From assembly GCA_943370265.1 (NCBI GenBank), contig CALRQH020000025.1, positions 1,038 through 65,037 of the forward strand: a DNA stretch of 64,000 nucleotides. The letters run 5' to 3'. The notes under the pieces were generated by a model. That model searched no databases, was not told the origin of the DNA, and worked only from the letters and a program-made list of their open reading frames with translations. The position numbers were made by a program, and so were the translations under genes. Below, one piece after another: positions 19,057-26,683 of the stretch. Each line of letters starts with the position of its first letter. Within the stretch, counting starts at the first letter, position 1. This stretch comes from Mesorhizobium carmichaelinearum. Lineage in GTDB: Bacteria; Pseudomonadota; Alphaproteobacteria; Rhizobiales; Rhizobiaceae.

Positions 19057-19839
19057 ATGACGGCTGATACGGTGGCCGGGACGGGATTGGCTGGCTTGGT
19101 TGGCGGCGATGTCGCCCGCCTTGAATTGGCGCCGACAGGACCACTTCGGGTCGGCGTCATCGCCGCCCTTGCCCCGTCGACACTTTTCGTCACGTTCGAT
19201 GGCGAAGCCGGACTCTATCGCGGGGTGACTGTCGACATGGCAATGGCGCTTGCAGCGCAGCTGGGCGTCCCTCCCGAGATCGTCAACTTCCCGAACTCTG
19301 GCGCATGCACGCAAGCGATCGAATTGGGAGCGATCGACGTGAGCTTCATGCCCATCGATGACGAGCGGCGCAAAAAAGTGGCCTTTGGCCCAGCCTATTA
19401 CATCCTCGAAAGCACCTATCTTGTGACGATCGCTTCCGGCATCACCACCCTTGCCGAGGTGGATCGTGAGGCGGTGCGCGTGGTTGGCATCGCAAATACG
19501 ACCACCATCCGCAGCGCGACGCGCACCCTGACAAAAACCGTGCCTTTGCCCAAGGAGTCGATTGCCGAGGCCGTCGATCTTTTTCTCACCGGGCAGGCGG
19601 ATGCGCTGGCGCTCTCGCGAGATGCCTTCCAGACATTGTTGTCGCAAATGCCCGCCGCCCGCATTCTCGATGGTGGGTTTCAATCGACCGGCATCGCCAT
19701 CGCGGTTGGGCTGGGAAAGCCGGCAGCGCTTTCCTTCGTCAGCACCTTCATGGACGAAGCAAAAACCTCCGGCCTCGTCCGCCGCGCACTCAACGCCGCA
19801 GGCTTTCCAAACGAACCGGTCGCGCCGCTGTCGCGGTAG
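19057..19839 (+). CDS. Family-3 solute-binding-domain protein (amino-acid type)
   Basis: SBP_bac_3-like layout (LRVGVIA...YRGVTVDMAMALAAQLGV...GAIDVSFMPI...RKKVAFGPAYY...). No obvious signal peptide at the annotated start. Confidence 0.65.
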   Translation: MTADTVAGTGLAGLVGGDVARLELAPTGPLRVGVIAALAPSTLFVTFDGEAGLYRGVTVDMAMALAAQLGVPPEIVNFPNSGACTQAIELGAIDVSFMPIDDERRKKVAFGPAYYILESTYLVTIASGITTLAEVDREAVRVVGIANTTTIRSATRTLTKTVPLPKESIAEAVDLFLTGQADALALSRDAFQTLLSQMPAARILDGGFQSTGIAIAVGLGKPAALSFVSTFMDEAKTSGLVRRALNAAGFPNEPVAPLSR

Positions 19840-20078
19840 AACGGCTATATCCGTAGCGGATGCCTGCCGCGCTCGACGAACCATCCAACATGCAGCCATT
19901 TTTCACTGACGCGAGCATGTAGACAATTAAGCCGGACGCCGAATTCAAAGGCAGTCTTCATAGCGATGCCAAAGGAGAAGCGTGACGCAATGAGTTCTGG
20001 CCATTACCGGCGTATTCTTTGATACTAAACTGGCAGCACGCTGGCGTCGTAAGTAATAATATAATATTTTCAATATGT

Positions 20079-20140
20079 TGGACGGCGCGCCCGACAGGAT
20101 TCGAACTCCTGACCCCCAAGATTCGTAGTTTTCAGCTACG
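20079..20140 (-). pseudogene. tRNA-Arg-like 3' remnant (not a functional tRNA)
   Basis: The minus strand reads ...GCGGCGTAGCTGAAAACTACGAATCTTGGGGGTCAGGAGTTCGAATCCTGTCGGGCGCGCCGTCCA. The 3' 29 nt (20084-20112) match the T-arm/acceptor 3' strand of bacterial tRNA-Arg (CAGG-TTCGAATCCTGTCGGGCGCGCCA) except for a 2-nt AG insertion before the T-loop and CCG instead of CCA. No complementary 5' acceptor strand or D-arm exists, and the total is only about 61 nt. Confidence 0.55.
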
Positions 20141-20164
20141 CCGCATGCCGTCGATACCGTCAAG

Positions 20165-20350
20165 ATGACCGATTTCGCTTACGGCGCTACCCGCAGGGCT
20201 CTTGTAGGTCTCGGAGAGACGGTCGAAGTTGGCGTGGGTGCAGGCTTGGTAGCATCGTTGGCCGGCTTCGGGACGGCCTTGATCGTTGGTGGCGTGTTGA
20301 GTGCCGTCGGTGGACTGCTGAGCGTCCTTTCTACGACTGATCCAACCTAA
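20165..20350 (+). CDS. Possible small glycine-zipper membrane peptide (61 aa)
   Basis: MTDFAYGATRRALVGLGETVEVGVGAGLVASLAGFGTALIVGGVLSAVGGLLSVLSTTDPT contains repeated small-xxx-small (GxxxG/A) spacing. There is no convincing SD, and third-position GC is lower than in neighbouring core genes. Confidence 0.2.
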   Translation: MTDFAYGATRRALVGLGETVEVGVGAGLVASLAGFGTALIVGGVLSAVGGLLSVLSTTDPT

Positions 20351-20621
20351 CGTGACGATCCGGCATCCCCGCTTTCGGGTTTTGAGCCGGACGGCAACGG
20401 AGGTTTCGATCTTAATTCCCCGGTCTATCTGCTGCCGAATCTCACCTTAGGCACAGGGTGGGGGCTGGACTCGCCTCGAGTTACGGGAGCAAGGCCTCAT
20501 CGCCCCTGGAAGCCGCTCCTGCAAAGTCACCCTCCATTCCCTCCTGCACCGGGCCGAAGTGGATAGGGTCTGCTGGACTTCAACGACGTGCGCCCGAACC
20601 GGGCAGAACAAGGAAATTCCG

Positions 20622-20828
20622 ATGACTTTGACGACCGCAGTTTTGGTCTGGTATATGGCAATCGCCGGCCCAGGAAACGGCTTGGTCATGCTGCCCAGCA
20701 CCTTCGACAAGCGTGAACGATGCACCGCCGCGATCACCGAATATCAGAAGCAGCCGACGCCAGCCGGCTGGTCGCTGCAGTGTGTGCCAAGCGCATCGCC
20801 TTTCACCGACAATGGTTCGGCAGAGTAG
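20622..20828 (+). CDS. Hypothetical small exported protein (68 aa)
   Basis: SD aaggaa 6 nt upstream of the ATG. MTLTTAVLVWYMAIAGPG is a hydrophobic N-terminus, and there are two Cys. No family recognised. Confidence 0.35.
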   Translation: MTLTTAVLVWYMAIAGPGNGLVMLPSTFDKRERCTAAITEYQKQPTPAGWSLQCVPSASPFTDNGSAE

Positions 20829-20993
20829 CTATCCTCCCCAAGCGCAAGGCCTGTGGCCAACGACTATCTGCCGGTGCAGGCAATCGATGAGGAAAGCGAG
20901 ACGGCACCCATAAAAAGGTTGGCTTCGTGGCATAAAAGCCTGTGCGCCAGCGTTAGTGCAGGATGAGGGTTCGCGCTCGGGAGGAAATCCATC

Positions 20994-21296
20994 ATGCGCA
21001 CCATGCTCGTTCTTGCTCTGCTTGCCTTTGCCATGCCTGCCTACGCCGCCAACCATGCGGTCCAGATCAAGGGCATGAAATTCAACCCGGCGAAAATCTC
21101 GGTCGCCGTTGGCGATACCATCACTTTCGCCAATGCTGACCCGATGACACATACCGCAACCGCGCTTGACGGCTCCTTCGACACCGGCCGTCTCGCCACT
21201 GGCAAGAGCGCCAAGGTCAAGGTATCAGCGGCCGGCGCCCACCCGTTCCACTGTGCGATCCACAGCTCGATGACGGGCACTGTCACAGCGAAATAG
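20994..21296 (+). CDS. Cupredoxin (amicyanin/pseudoazurin-like blue copper protein)
   Basis: Signal peptide MRTMLVLALLAFAMPAYA. Type-1 Cu ligand pattern with His in DPMTHTA and C-x2-H-x2-M in FHCAIHSSM. 100 aa. Confidence 0.85.
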   Translation: MRTMLVLALLAFAMPAYAANHAVQIKGMKFNPAKISVAVGDTITFANADPMTHTATALDGSFDTGRLATGKSAKVKVSAAGAHPFHCAIHSSMTGTVTAK

Positions 21297-21479
21297 CGGC
21301 ATCCTCGCTGGGCTGTCTTCCGCGCGGCGACTGATTATCGATTTGACAATCACGTCACGTGGAATGACTCGCTAACCGATTGTCGCAAGCGTAGAATCCA
21401 ATTGTCGCTGGCCACTTTAACGGGCGCTGGCGCTTGAAAGAGCCGATCACGCTTTCGCCCCTCTGGAGGGAGAGAGCAC

Positions 21480-21707
21480 ATGCTTTTCAATGGCATTGCC
21501 GATTCGGAACAAATGGCGATCCTCACCAAGGCTTTGAATGACCATTGCTTAGCCTTTGGTATCTCTGATGAATCGGAACGTGAGATGATCGCGGTGCTGG
21601 TCATGTCGCTGTTCAACAACGGCGCGATAAGCGCTGAGGAATTGAAGGCCGGCCTTCACGGGGTTTCAGATCGCAATCGGCGCTATGAGCAGCAGCGTCA
21701 CGGCTAG
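21480..21707 (+). CDS. Hypothetical small helical protein (75 aa)
   Basis: Strong SD ggagggagagagcacATG. The overlapping minus ORF 21350-21619 has no SD. No family recognised. Confidence 0.5.
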   Translation: MLFNGIADSEQMAILTKALNDHCLAFGISDESEREMIAVLVMSLFNNGAISAEELKAGLHGVSDRNRRYEQQRHG

Positions 21708-21753
21708 ACTCCTGCCTAGCCGTAGCACCTAGCTTCACGTCCGTCATCGCCCG

Positions 21754-21948
21754 TCACCGTGGCGGCCAATTCGGAAATCCTTGAGGTTTGGCCTGGCTGA
21801 CTACCCTCGCTTCTCTAAGGATCGAGGAACGATCGAGGCCGACCATCGATATGATTTCGCGAATTTGTTCCTCAGTGACCTCCGATTCGCGTGCCAGAGC
21901 GCGCACGCCGTCGGGCGTCATTTCGGGCCGTTTCGTTTCTTCGGCCAT
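21754..21948 (-). CDS. Hypothetical small protein (64 aa)
   Basis: Start taken at MAEETKRPEMTPDGVRALARESEVTEEQIREIISMVGLDRSSILREARVV... Divergent from the MucR-like gene. No family recognised. Confidence 0.35.
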   Translation of the reverse strand: MAEETKRPEMTPDGVRALARESEVTEEQIREIISMVGLDRSSILREARVVSQAKPQGFPNWPPR

Positions 21949-22154
21949 CACACAAATCCATGGTTCCCTCGGAAACAATAAGTCTCTGGGCGCCACGTAG
22001 TTCCGAGCCGGTCGCGCATTTCTCGTCGATGCTCTTGCACTCATTGCAATCGGGTTGCCAATTTAGATGTTAGCCAGTAACGACATAAATGAACAACACG
22101 CCTAGCGGATTGTGCCCCGCTGCAGTCAGCATATTTCAAGAATGGGAATTCGAG

Positions 22155-22613
22155 ATGACCGAAGACGTTGACACTCGCACGGGTGAGTTAGTAGAGCTGA
22201 CGGCAGATGTTGTCGCGGCCTACGTTCAGAACAACCCAGTCCCTGTCGCAGAACTGCCTAATCTGATTGCGTCAATTCATTCCTCACTGTCTGGCCTCAA
22301 CCAGGCAAAATCCGTCGAGCAGCGGGCCCAAGCGCCCGCCGTAAACCCTAAGAAATCGGTCTTTCCCGACTACATCATTTCATTGGAAGACGGTCGCAAG
22401 TTCAAGTCCATGAAGCGCCATCTCAGTCTGCTCGGAATGACCCCCGATACCTACCGCCAGAAGTGGAATTTGCCGTCTGACTACCCGATGGTTGCGCCGA
22501 GTTATGCAGCTCAGCGGTCCGCATTGGCAAAGTCGATGGGGCTTGGCCGACAGGCTGCTGCTGTGCAAGTGAAGAAGGTGCCTGCCAAGCGGAAGGCCAA
22601 AGCCTCCTTGTAA
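22155..22613 (+). CDS. MucR/Ros-family transcriptional regulator paralog lacking the Cys2His2 zinc ligands
   Basis: VELTADVVAAYVQNNPVPVAELPNLIASIHSSL... and ...KFKSMKRHL...MTPDTYRQKWNLPSDYPMVAPSYAAQRSALAKSMGLGR align along the whole length with Ros/MucR. The canonical CLEC...HLTTHH is replaced here by SLED...HLSLLG. Confidence 0.85.
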   Translation: MTEDVDTRTGELVELTADVVAAYVQNNPVPVAELPNLIASIHSSLSGLNQAKSVEQRAQAPAVNPKKSVFPDYIISLEDGRKFKSMKRHLSLLGMTPDTYRQKWNLPSDYPMVAPSYAAQRSALAKSMGLGRQAAAVQVKKVPAKRKAKASL

Positions 22614-22808
22614 GCGATCACGCCATACGGCTGCGGTGGCCACTCGGCTATTCTCTGAGCGCGGCGTAATATTTCCGTATAGCCGGCGCTGCTGTGCCCC
22701 CCGCTCCCTATGGCGCCGGCTATCTCACTATGGCGGGCTTTCTAGGTGTGTAGTCCCTTGGAGTGATGGTGCATCATTAACGCTGAGTCGTCAGCAGGAG
22801 GATGCGCT

Positions 22809-23204
22809 ATGGCAAGTGTTCTTCACGGCAGCGCCCGCACGACGCCGTGTCTTCGAGCCGAGTTCCAAACGTCGCAAGAGAGCACCCGGTCCCTTGCCGC
22901 CCGCTACGGCTTGAACCCGAAGACAGTGGCCAAGTGGCGTAAGCGGACCACGACGGCCGACGCGCCGATGGGACCCAAGGCGCCCAAGAGCACGGTGCTG
23001 ACACCGGCCGAAGAAGCCATCGTGGTGGCGTTCCGCCAGAAGACGCTATTGCCGCTGGACGATGTGCTCGGTTGCCTGAGGGATACCATCCCCCACCTCA
23101 GCCGTAGCGCCTTGCACCGCTGCCTCCAGCGTCATGGTATCTCCCGACTGCCGGTCGAGGCGGTCAAGGACCAGCGCAAGAGGTTCAAGACCTACGAGAT
23201 CGGC
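22809..23204 (+). mobile_element. IS481-family transposase, N-terminal fragment only (pseudogene)
   Basis: HGSARTTPCLRAEFQTSQESTRSLAARYGLNPKTVAKWRKR...STVLTPAEEAIVVAFRQKTLLPLDDVLGCL...LHRCLQRHGISRLP...KRFKTYEIG is the HTH half of IS481-type transposases. Homology stops at YEIG, where the DDE core should begin. The remaining tracked ORF (to 23447) is unrelated read-through. A possible IR (tgtgtagtccc) lies near 22749. Confidence 0.7.
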
Positions 23205-23489
23205 GAAGGCGTCACCTCGTTTCCAGTCGCAGTCCGACAGCATCAGATTCAGAGCCGCTTTGGCCATGTGGGGCGACAAACGTCAATTTGGCCTATGTGC
23301 CTCCCGCCCGATTTGCCGCCCTTGCTGTCCGTTTCTGCGACGACCGTGAGCAAGCACTTCCATCTGTCCCATAGCAATGCACCTGATGCCATGAACGAGC
23401 GTGAGAAGCAGTGCGCCAATCACCCAAGTGTGGCGCAGCGCGCTTGATGGCTCGTCGCGCCTACCAACGATCGAAGAAGGGTCTCGCGC

Positions 23490-23705
23490 ATGGATCGAGT
23501 CAAATTTCTAACCCCGGATGAGGTCGCAGAACGCTATCGTGGAGAGATCTCTCCCGGCACATTGAGAAACTGGCGCTCAAAGCGGGTCGGGCCAAGTTTC
23601 GTTAAGATCGGCAAAGCTGTTCTCTACCCCATTGCAGAGTTGGATGCCTGGGACGAACAGAACCGTGTCGCTTGTCGTGGTTCAAAGCGACTCATTGAGA
23701 GCTAG
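23490..23705 (+). CDS. Excisionase/AlpA-type helix-turn-helix DNA-binding protein
   Basis: KFLTPDEVAERYRGEISPGTLRNWRSKRVGPSFVKIGKAVLYPIAELDAWDEQN matches the MerR-like HTH_17/excisionase pattern. 71 aa. Confidence 0.75.
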   Translation: MDRVKFLTPDEVAERYRGEISPGTLRNWRSKRVGPSFVKIGKAVLYPIAELDAWDEQNRVACRGSKRLIES

Positions 23706-23820
23706 GATGATCAACGGTGATGGTCTCGTTGGCGTATCCACCACCTGCCCCAGTTGGCGGCACCAGTATGCAGATGTCTCTAGAATTACTGAACATAGTC
23801 AATTGGTTAAAAGTTTCAGC
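23655..23820. repeat. Direct repeat copy A (partner 63839-64000)
   Basis: Hand alignment is gap-free over about 162 nt with about 21 mismatches. It covers the last 17 codons of the excisionase-like gene, the spacer, and the tail of a convergent small gene. Confidence 0.85.
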
Positions 23821-23870
23821 AGCGTCACGCACAATGATCCCGCTCGATGCCCCTCGGGATCTCTGCATCA
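23786..23870 (-). pseudogene. Degenerate 3' tail of a small secreted-protein gene (family of 48380-48745)
   Basis: The minus frame reads ...PRGIERDHCA*RC*NF*PIDYVQ*. Compare PTGMERDHCASNHYDQIHDIY in 48380-48745 and the open NFYRIDYVH* in repeat copy B. There are three in-frame stops. Confidence 0.45.
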
Positions 23871-24012
23871 CGAGGCGTCACGGGATGAGACGTTCTTGCC
23901 GGCCGAATCGACCGTGCCTGCGACGTAAAACTTCCTGGCCGGACAAACCGTCTATGCGACGATCCGATTTGACGTCAACTCCAGCGCCTTCACCATTGCG
24001 GCGTGGTCTAGC

Positions 24013-24174
24013 TCGTCCCAACCATGGGCTGCCGCTGTTTTGCATCAGCTGTGCTACGCAAGCCGTCTGGGGCAGAGCAACGCTCAGCGTCTTGGCGCCC
24101 TGCAAGGCAAGGTTCAGGTCCTTCTGATGAAGGGCGATCCTGAACCCGGGATTGAACGTCCGCTTGATCTCGGC
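24013..24174 (-). pseudogene. Fragment of a 3-hydroxyisobutyrate/tartronate-semialdehyde reductase-type (GarR/MmsB-like) gene
   Basis: AEIKRTFNPGFRIALHQKDLNLALQGAKTLSVALPQTACVAQLMQNSG matches the conserved C-terminal domain motif (F.PGF.I.LH.KDL.LAL...LP.TA) of this family. The N-terminal Rossmann part is absent. Confidence 0.5.
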
Positions 24175-24213
24175 CTGCCCCAGCAGAACGGGATGAACGT
24201 TCTGAAGGCATAG

Positions 24214-24330
24214 CGTCTGCGCGATGAGGCGCTGCCAGCCATCATCATCACTGAGCGGGACGCACTGCCGGATCGAGTGACCGGGCTGGACAGCGGCGCA
24301 GACGACTATCTTGTCAAGCCGTTGCATTCG
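24214..24330 (+). pseudogene. Fragment of a response-regulator receiver domain
   Basis: [39 protein letters not shown] matches the end of an OmpR-type receiver (PVI.LTARD...DRV.GL..GADDYL.KPF). It is preceded by an in-frame stop and followed by unrelated sequence. Confidence 0.45.
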
Positions 24331-24490
24331 ACGATGATGCAAAACAGCCGCAAAAGGTTGATGTCGAGGCCATCGAGCGGGAATTTCGAGTTCTTGCTCA
24401 CACTGCCCGCCAAGCTGAACCCCGTTCGTCAGATGATAGCCGGTTCGAGAATTGCCCGGCATCACCGTTCTGTCCAGTGTACGGCCCCAA

Positions 24491-25168
24491 TTAGGCCGCG
24501 ACACGCGCCACATCGGTCACCTGAAAATCGCACGAGATGACGCGGCCAAGCACGGGATCGCGCAGCGCGATGGAGAAGTCGACCATGCCGGGCTCGACCG
24601 GCCCCAGCATCGGCACCGTTCCGGAAAACAGCATGCCGCGCTCGCGGCAAAAGCAGCGTTGCCGTTGCGCCTGCTCGACCAGGCTGTCCGGCGCCAGGAT
24701 GCTGTCGACGGCGCCGGCCTGCAGCAGCGTCTCACCGCTGCGCAATTCGAGGACCAGCCGATCCCAGTGCTCTTGCACCTCGCTGAACGGCCAGGCCGTC
24801 CGGGCGACGACCTTCTGGCACAGGCTTTTCGATTTCTCGGCCGAATAGTGCCGCTCGGTGGCAAGGTCGAACTGGTCGTTGCCGACAGTGACGTAATCCG
24901 TGCCTTCGAACGAAAACAGCACGAACTCGACCTCGGGCCGCGTGTCCGGGCCGATCGCCTCGACCCGGCCGCCTTGCGTCAGCAGGCAAATCATGGCCGG
25001 GTGGAAGACCGGGACGTTCAGCGGCACCGAAACGGCGAGCGCCCGCATCTCGGCCAGATGCGCGGCGACGTCGAATTCGCTGCGGCCGGAATAGCCGGCA
25101 AGCAGTAGCTGCTCGACAACGGGGGAAATTTCCCCGCCGTCGGGCGTCGCAAAACGTAACTGTGTCAA
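24491..25168 (-). CDS. Hypothetical protein (possibly DUF2848-like), first gene downstream of the deacetylase
   Basis: 225-aa ORF with good coding character. No motif I can assign with certainty. The family name is from memory only. Confidence 0.5.
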   Translation of the reverse strand: MTQLRFATPDGGEISPVVEQLLLAGYSGRSEFDVAAHLAEMRALAVSVPLNVPVFHPAMICLLTQGGRVEAIGPDTRPEVEFVLFSFEGTDYVTVGNDQFDLATERHYSAEKSKSLCQKVVARTAWPFSEVQEHWDRLVLELRSGETLLQAGAVDSILAPDSLVEQAQRQRCFCRERGMLFSGTVPMLGPVEPGMVDFSIALRDPVLGRVISCDFQVTDVARVAA

Positions 25169-25213
25169 CCTTGGCCCCTGTGGCTGTTCGTATGGACGCT
25201 GCTCATCTGGGAC

Positions 25214-26122
25214 CTAGCGTCGTGGCTGGACGCGGCCGACCGGCCTTTCGTACTGCGGGAGCAGTTCCGCCATTGGCTTGTGGCGGCCGGCGTCGATCTC
25301 GGCGCGAACATAGGCGGCGATCTCTTCCATCGGCGCGAACCAGACATCGCCCTGCGCCACCACCTTTTCCAGGAACTCGTTGAAGACGTGCCAGCGCGAC
25401 AACCGGCCGGTGACGAAGGGATGCAGCACCGGCACCCACAGCGCGCCATAGGCATAGGCCGCCTCGAATTCGCGCAGATAGAGGTCGAAGCCGATGCGGG
25501 CGCTGCGCACCGGCATCATGTAATGCAGGTCGAAGGACTGGACATATTGCGGCCAGTCGTCGAGGCCCCAGTGGCTGGGCAGCTCGATCAGTTCGCCGCC
25601 GCCCTTGCGGCTCTTGATGACATAGGGGATATCGGCGCCCATCAGCGAGGCGTCGTATTTGAAACCGCGGTCAAGCAGCAGGTCGAGCGACTTGTTGGAG
25701 AAATTGTAGAGCGGCGCGCGCCAGCCGCGCGGCGCCTTGCCGGTGACGCGCTTGATCGCCTCGATGCCGACATCGAGCCAGTGCGCCTCGTCCTCTTCGG
25801 TCTGCTCCAGCGGGTTCTCGTGGATGTAGCTGTGATGGGCGATTTCGTGGCCGCCCTTGAGTACGGCGTCGACCGCATCGGGATATTGCCCGATGCACCA
25901 GGCCGGGATGAAGAAGGTCTGCTTGATGCCGAGCTGGCGATAGGTCTCCACGATGCGTGGCACCGCGATTTTCGGACCGTAGCGCAGCATCGAGATCGCC
26001 GAGACGCGGCGATCGCCGTCATTGGGATAGTCGACATGGATCAGGCTGTCGGCGTCCATGTCGAAGGTCAGGCAGGCCGCGCATTTGGCGCCGTTGGGCC
26101 ATTTGATGCCATTGGTGATCAT
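25214..26122 (-). CDS. Polysaccharide deacetylase (CE4) family protein with PuuE-allantoinase-like architecture
   Basis: WPNGAKCAACLTFDMDADS..., FFIPAWCIGQYPDAVDAVLKGGHEIAHHSYIHE, GWRAPLYNFS. About 300 aa single-domain CE4 layout. ATGA-type overlap with the upstream gene. Confidence 0.75.
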   Translation of the reverse strand: MITNGIKWPNGAKCAACLTFDMDADSLIHVDYPNDGDRRVSAISMLRYGPKIAVPRIVETYRQLGIKQTFFIPAWCIGQYPDAVDAVLKGGHEIAHHSYIHENPLEQTEEDEAHWLDVGIEAIKRVTGKAPRGWRAPLYNFSNKSLDLLLDRGFKYDASLMGADIPYVIKSRKGGGELIELPSHWGLDDWPQYVQSFDLHYMMPVRSARIGFDLYLREFEAAYAYGALWVPVLHPFVTGRLSRWHVFNEFLEKVVAQGDVWFAPMEEIAAYVRAEIDAGRHKPMAELLPQYERPVGRVQPRR

Positions 26123-26679
26123 GATTGTTTCCTCCCTTTGCTGGTTGATGTGACGAAGGGGCGCTCACCGATGCCGGCGGCATCGAGGCTGGTTCCCGGT
26201 TCCAGGGCCACTTCCTCGTAGTCCTGCTCGAAGCCCTGCCCCGGCCCTGCCCGGTCGACGACCAGGAAGTCGCCGGCGTCGAGCGCGATCAGCGGGTAGT
26301 GCCAGGTGCCGCGACGATAGTTGACGCCTTGCCGGCCGTTGCTGAGGAAGGCGCGCAGATCGCCCGCCTGCGGCCGCTGCTCCGGCAGAGCGACGACCGC
26401 GATCATGCGCTCGCCGCCGAGCGGCACGAAGGCCTGGCTGGAGATCGGATGGCGCTCCATCAGCGTCAGGGCATCCGGCAGCGTCGGCCGCGCCGTGCGG
26501 AAGATGCTGAACAGCGTCCTGCCACCTTCGGCGTTGCAGTCGGCGACACCCAGTTCGTGGATGCGCGTCGCGGTGCCGGCATTGGTGGAAAACGCCACCT
26601 GCCCGGCCTCGTCGATGACGTCGCCGAACGGCGCGAAGGCCTCGCGCGTCAGCGGTTCGATTCTGATCAGCGTTGCCAT
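26119..26679 (-). CDS. allA: Ureidoglycolate lyase (AllA-type cupin)
   Basis: MATLIRIEPLTREAFAPFGDVID..., ERHPISSQAFVPL, GTWHYPLIAL. The start is chosen at MATLIRIEP (26679) so that it does not overlap the upstream epimerase gene. Confidence 0.75.
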   Translation of the reverse strand: MATLIRIEPLTREAFAPFGDVIDEAGQVAFSTNAGTATRIHELGVADCNAEGGRTLFSIFRTARPTLPDALTLMERHPISSQAFVPLGGERMIAVVALPEQRPQAGDLRAFLSNGRQGVNYRRGTWHYPLIALDAGDFLVVDRAGPGQGFEQDYEEVALEPGTSLDAAGIGERPFVTSTSKGRKQS

Positions 26680-26683
26680 CGGC

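Noticed and set aside
18301-19899. 532-aa minus-strand ORF across two plus-strand genes.
   Set aside because: It spans the intergenic gap of two genes with clear family motifs (AstE/AspA-type HGSE/NRMFPG, SBP3). This is a typical GC-rich antisense frame.
20100-20140. Reading of the stem-loop CGTAG-CTGAAAA-CTACG as a tRNA-Phe (GAA) anticodon arm, which would evoke the tRNA-Phe target of the Mesorhizobium symbiosis island.
   Set aside because: The 3' part matches tRNA-Arg rather than tRNA-Phe. There is no D-arm and no 5' acceptor strand, the T-loop carries a 2-nt insertion, and the whole piece is about 15 nt too short. It is treated as a remnant only.
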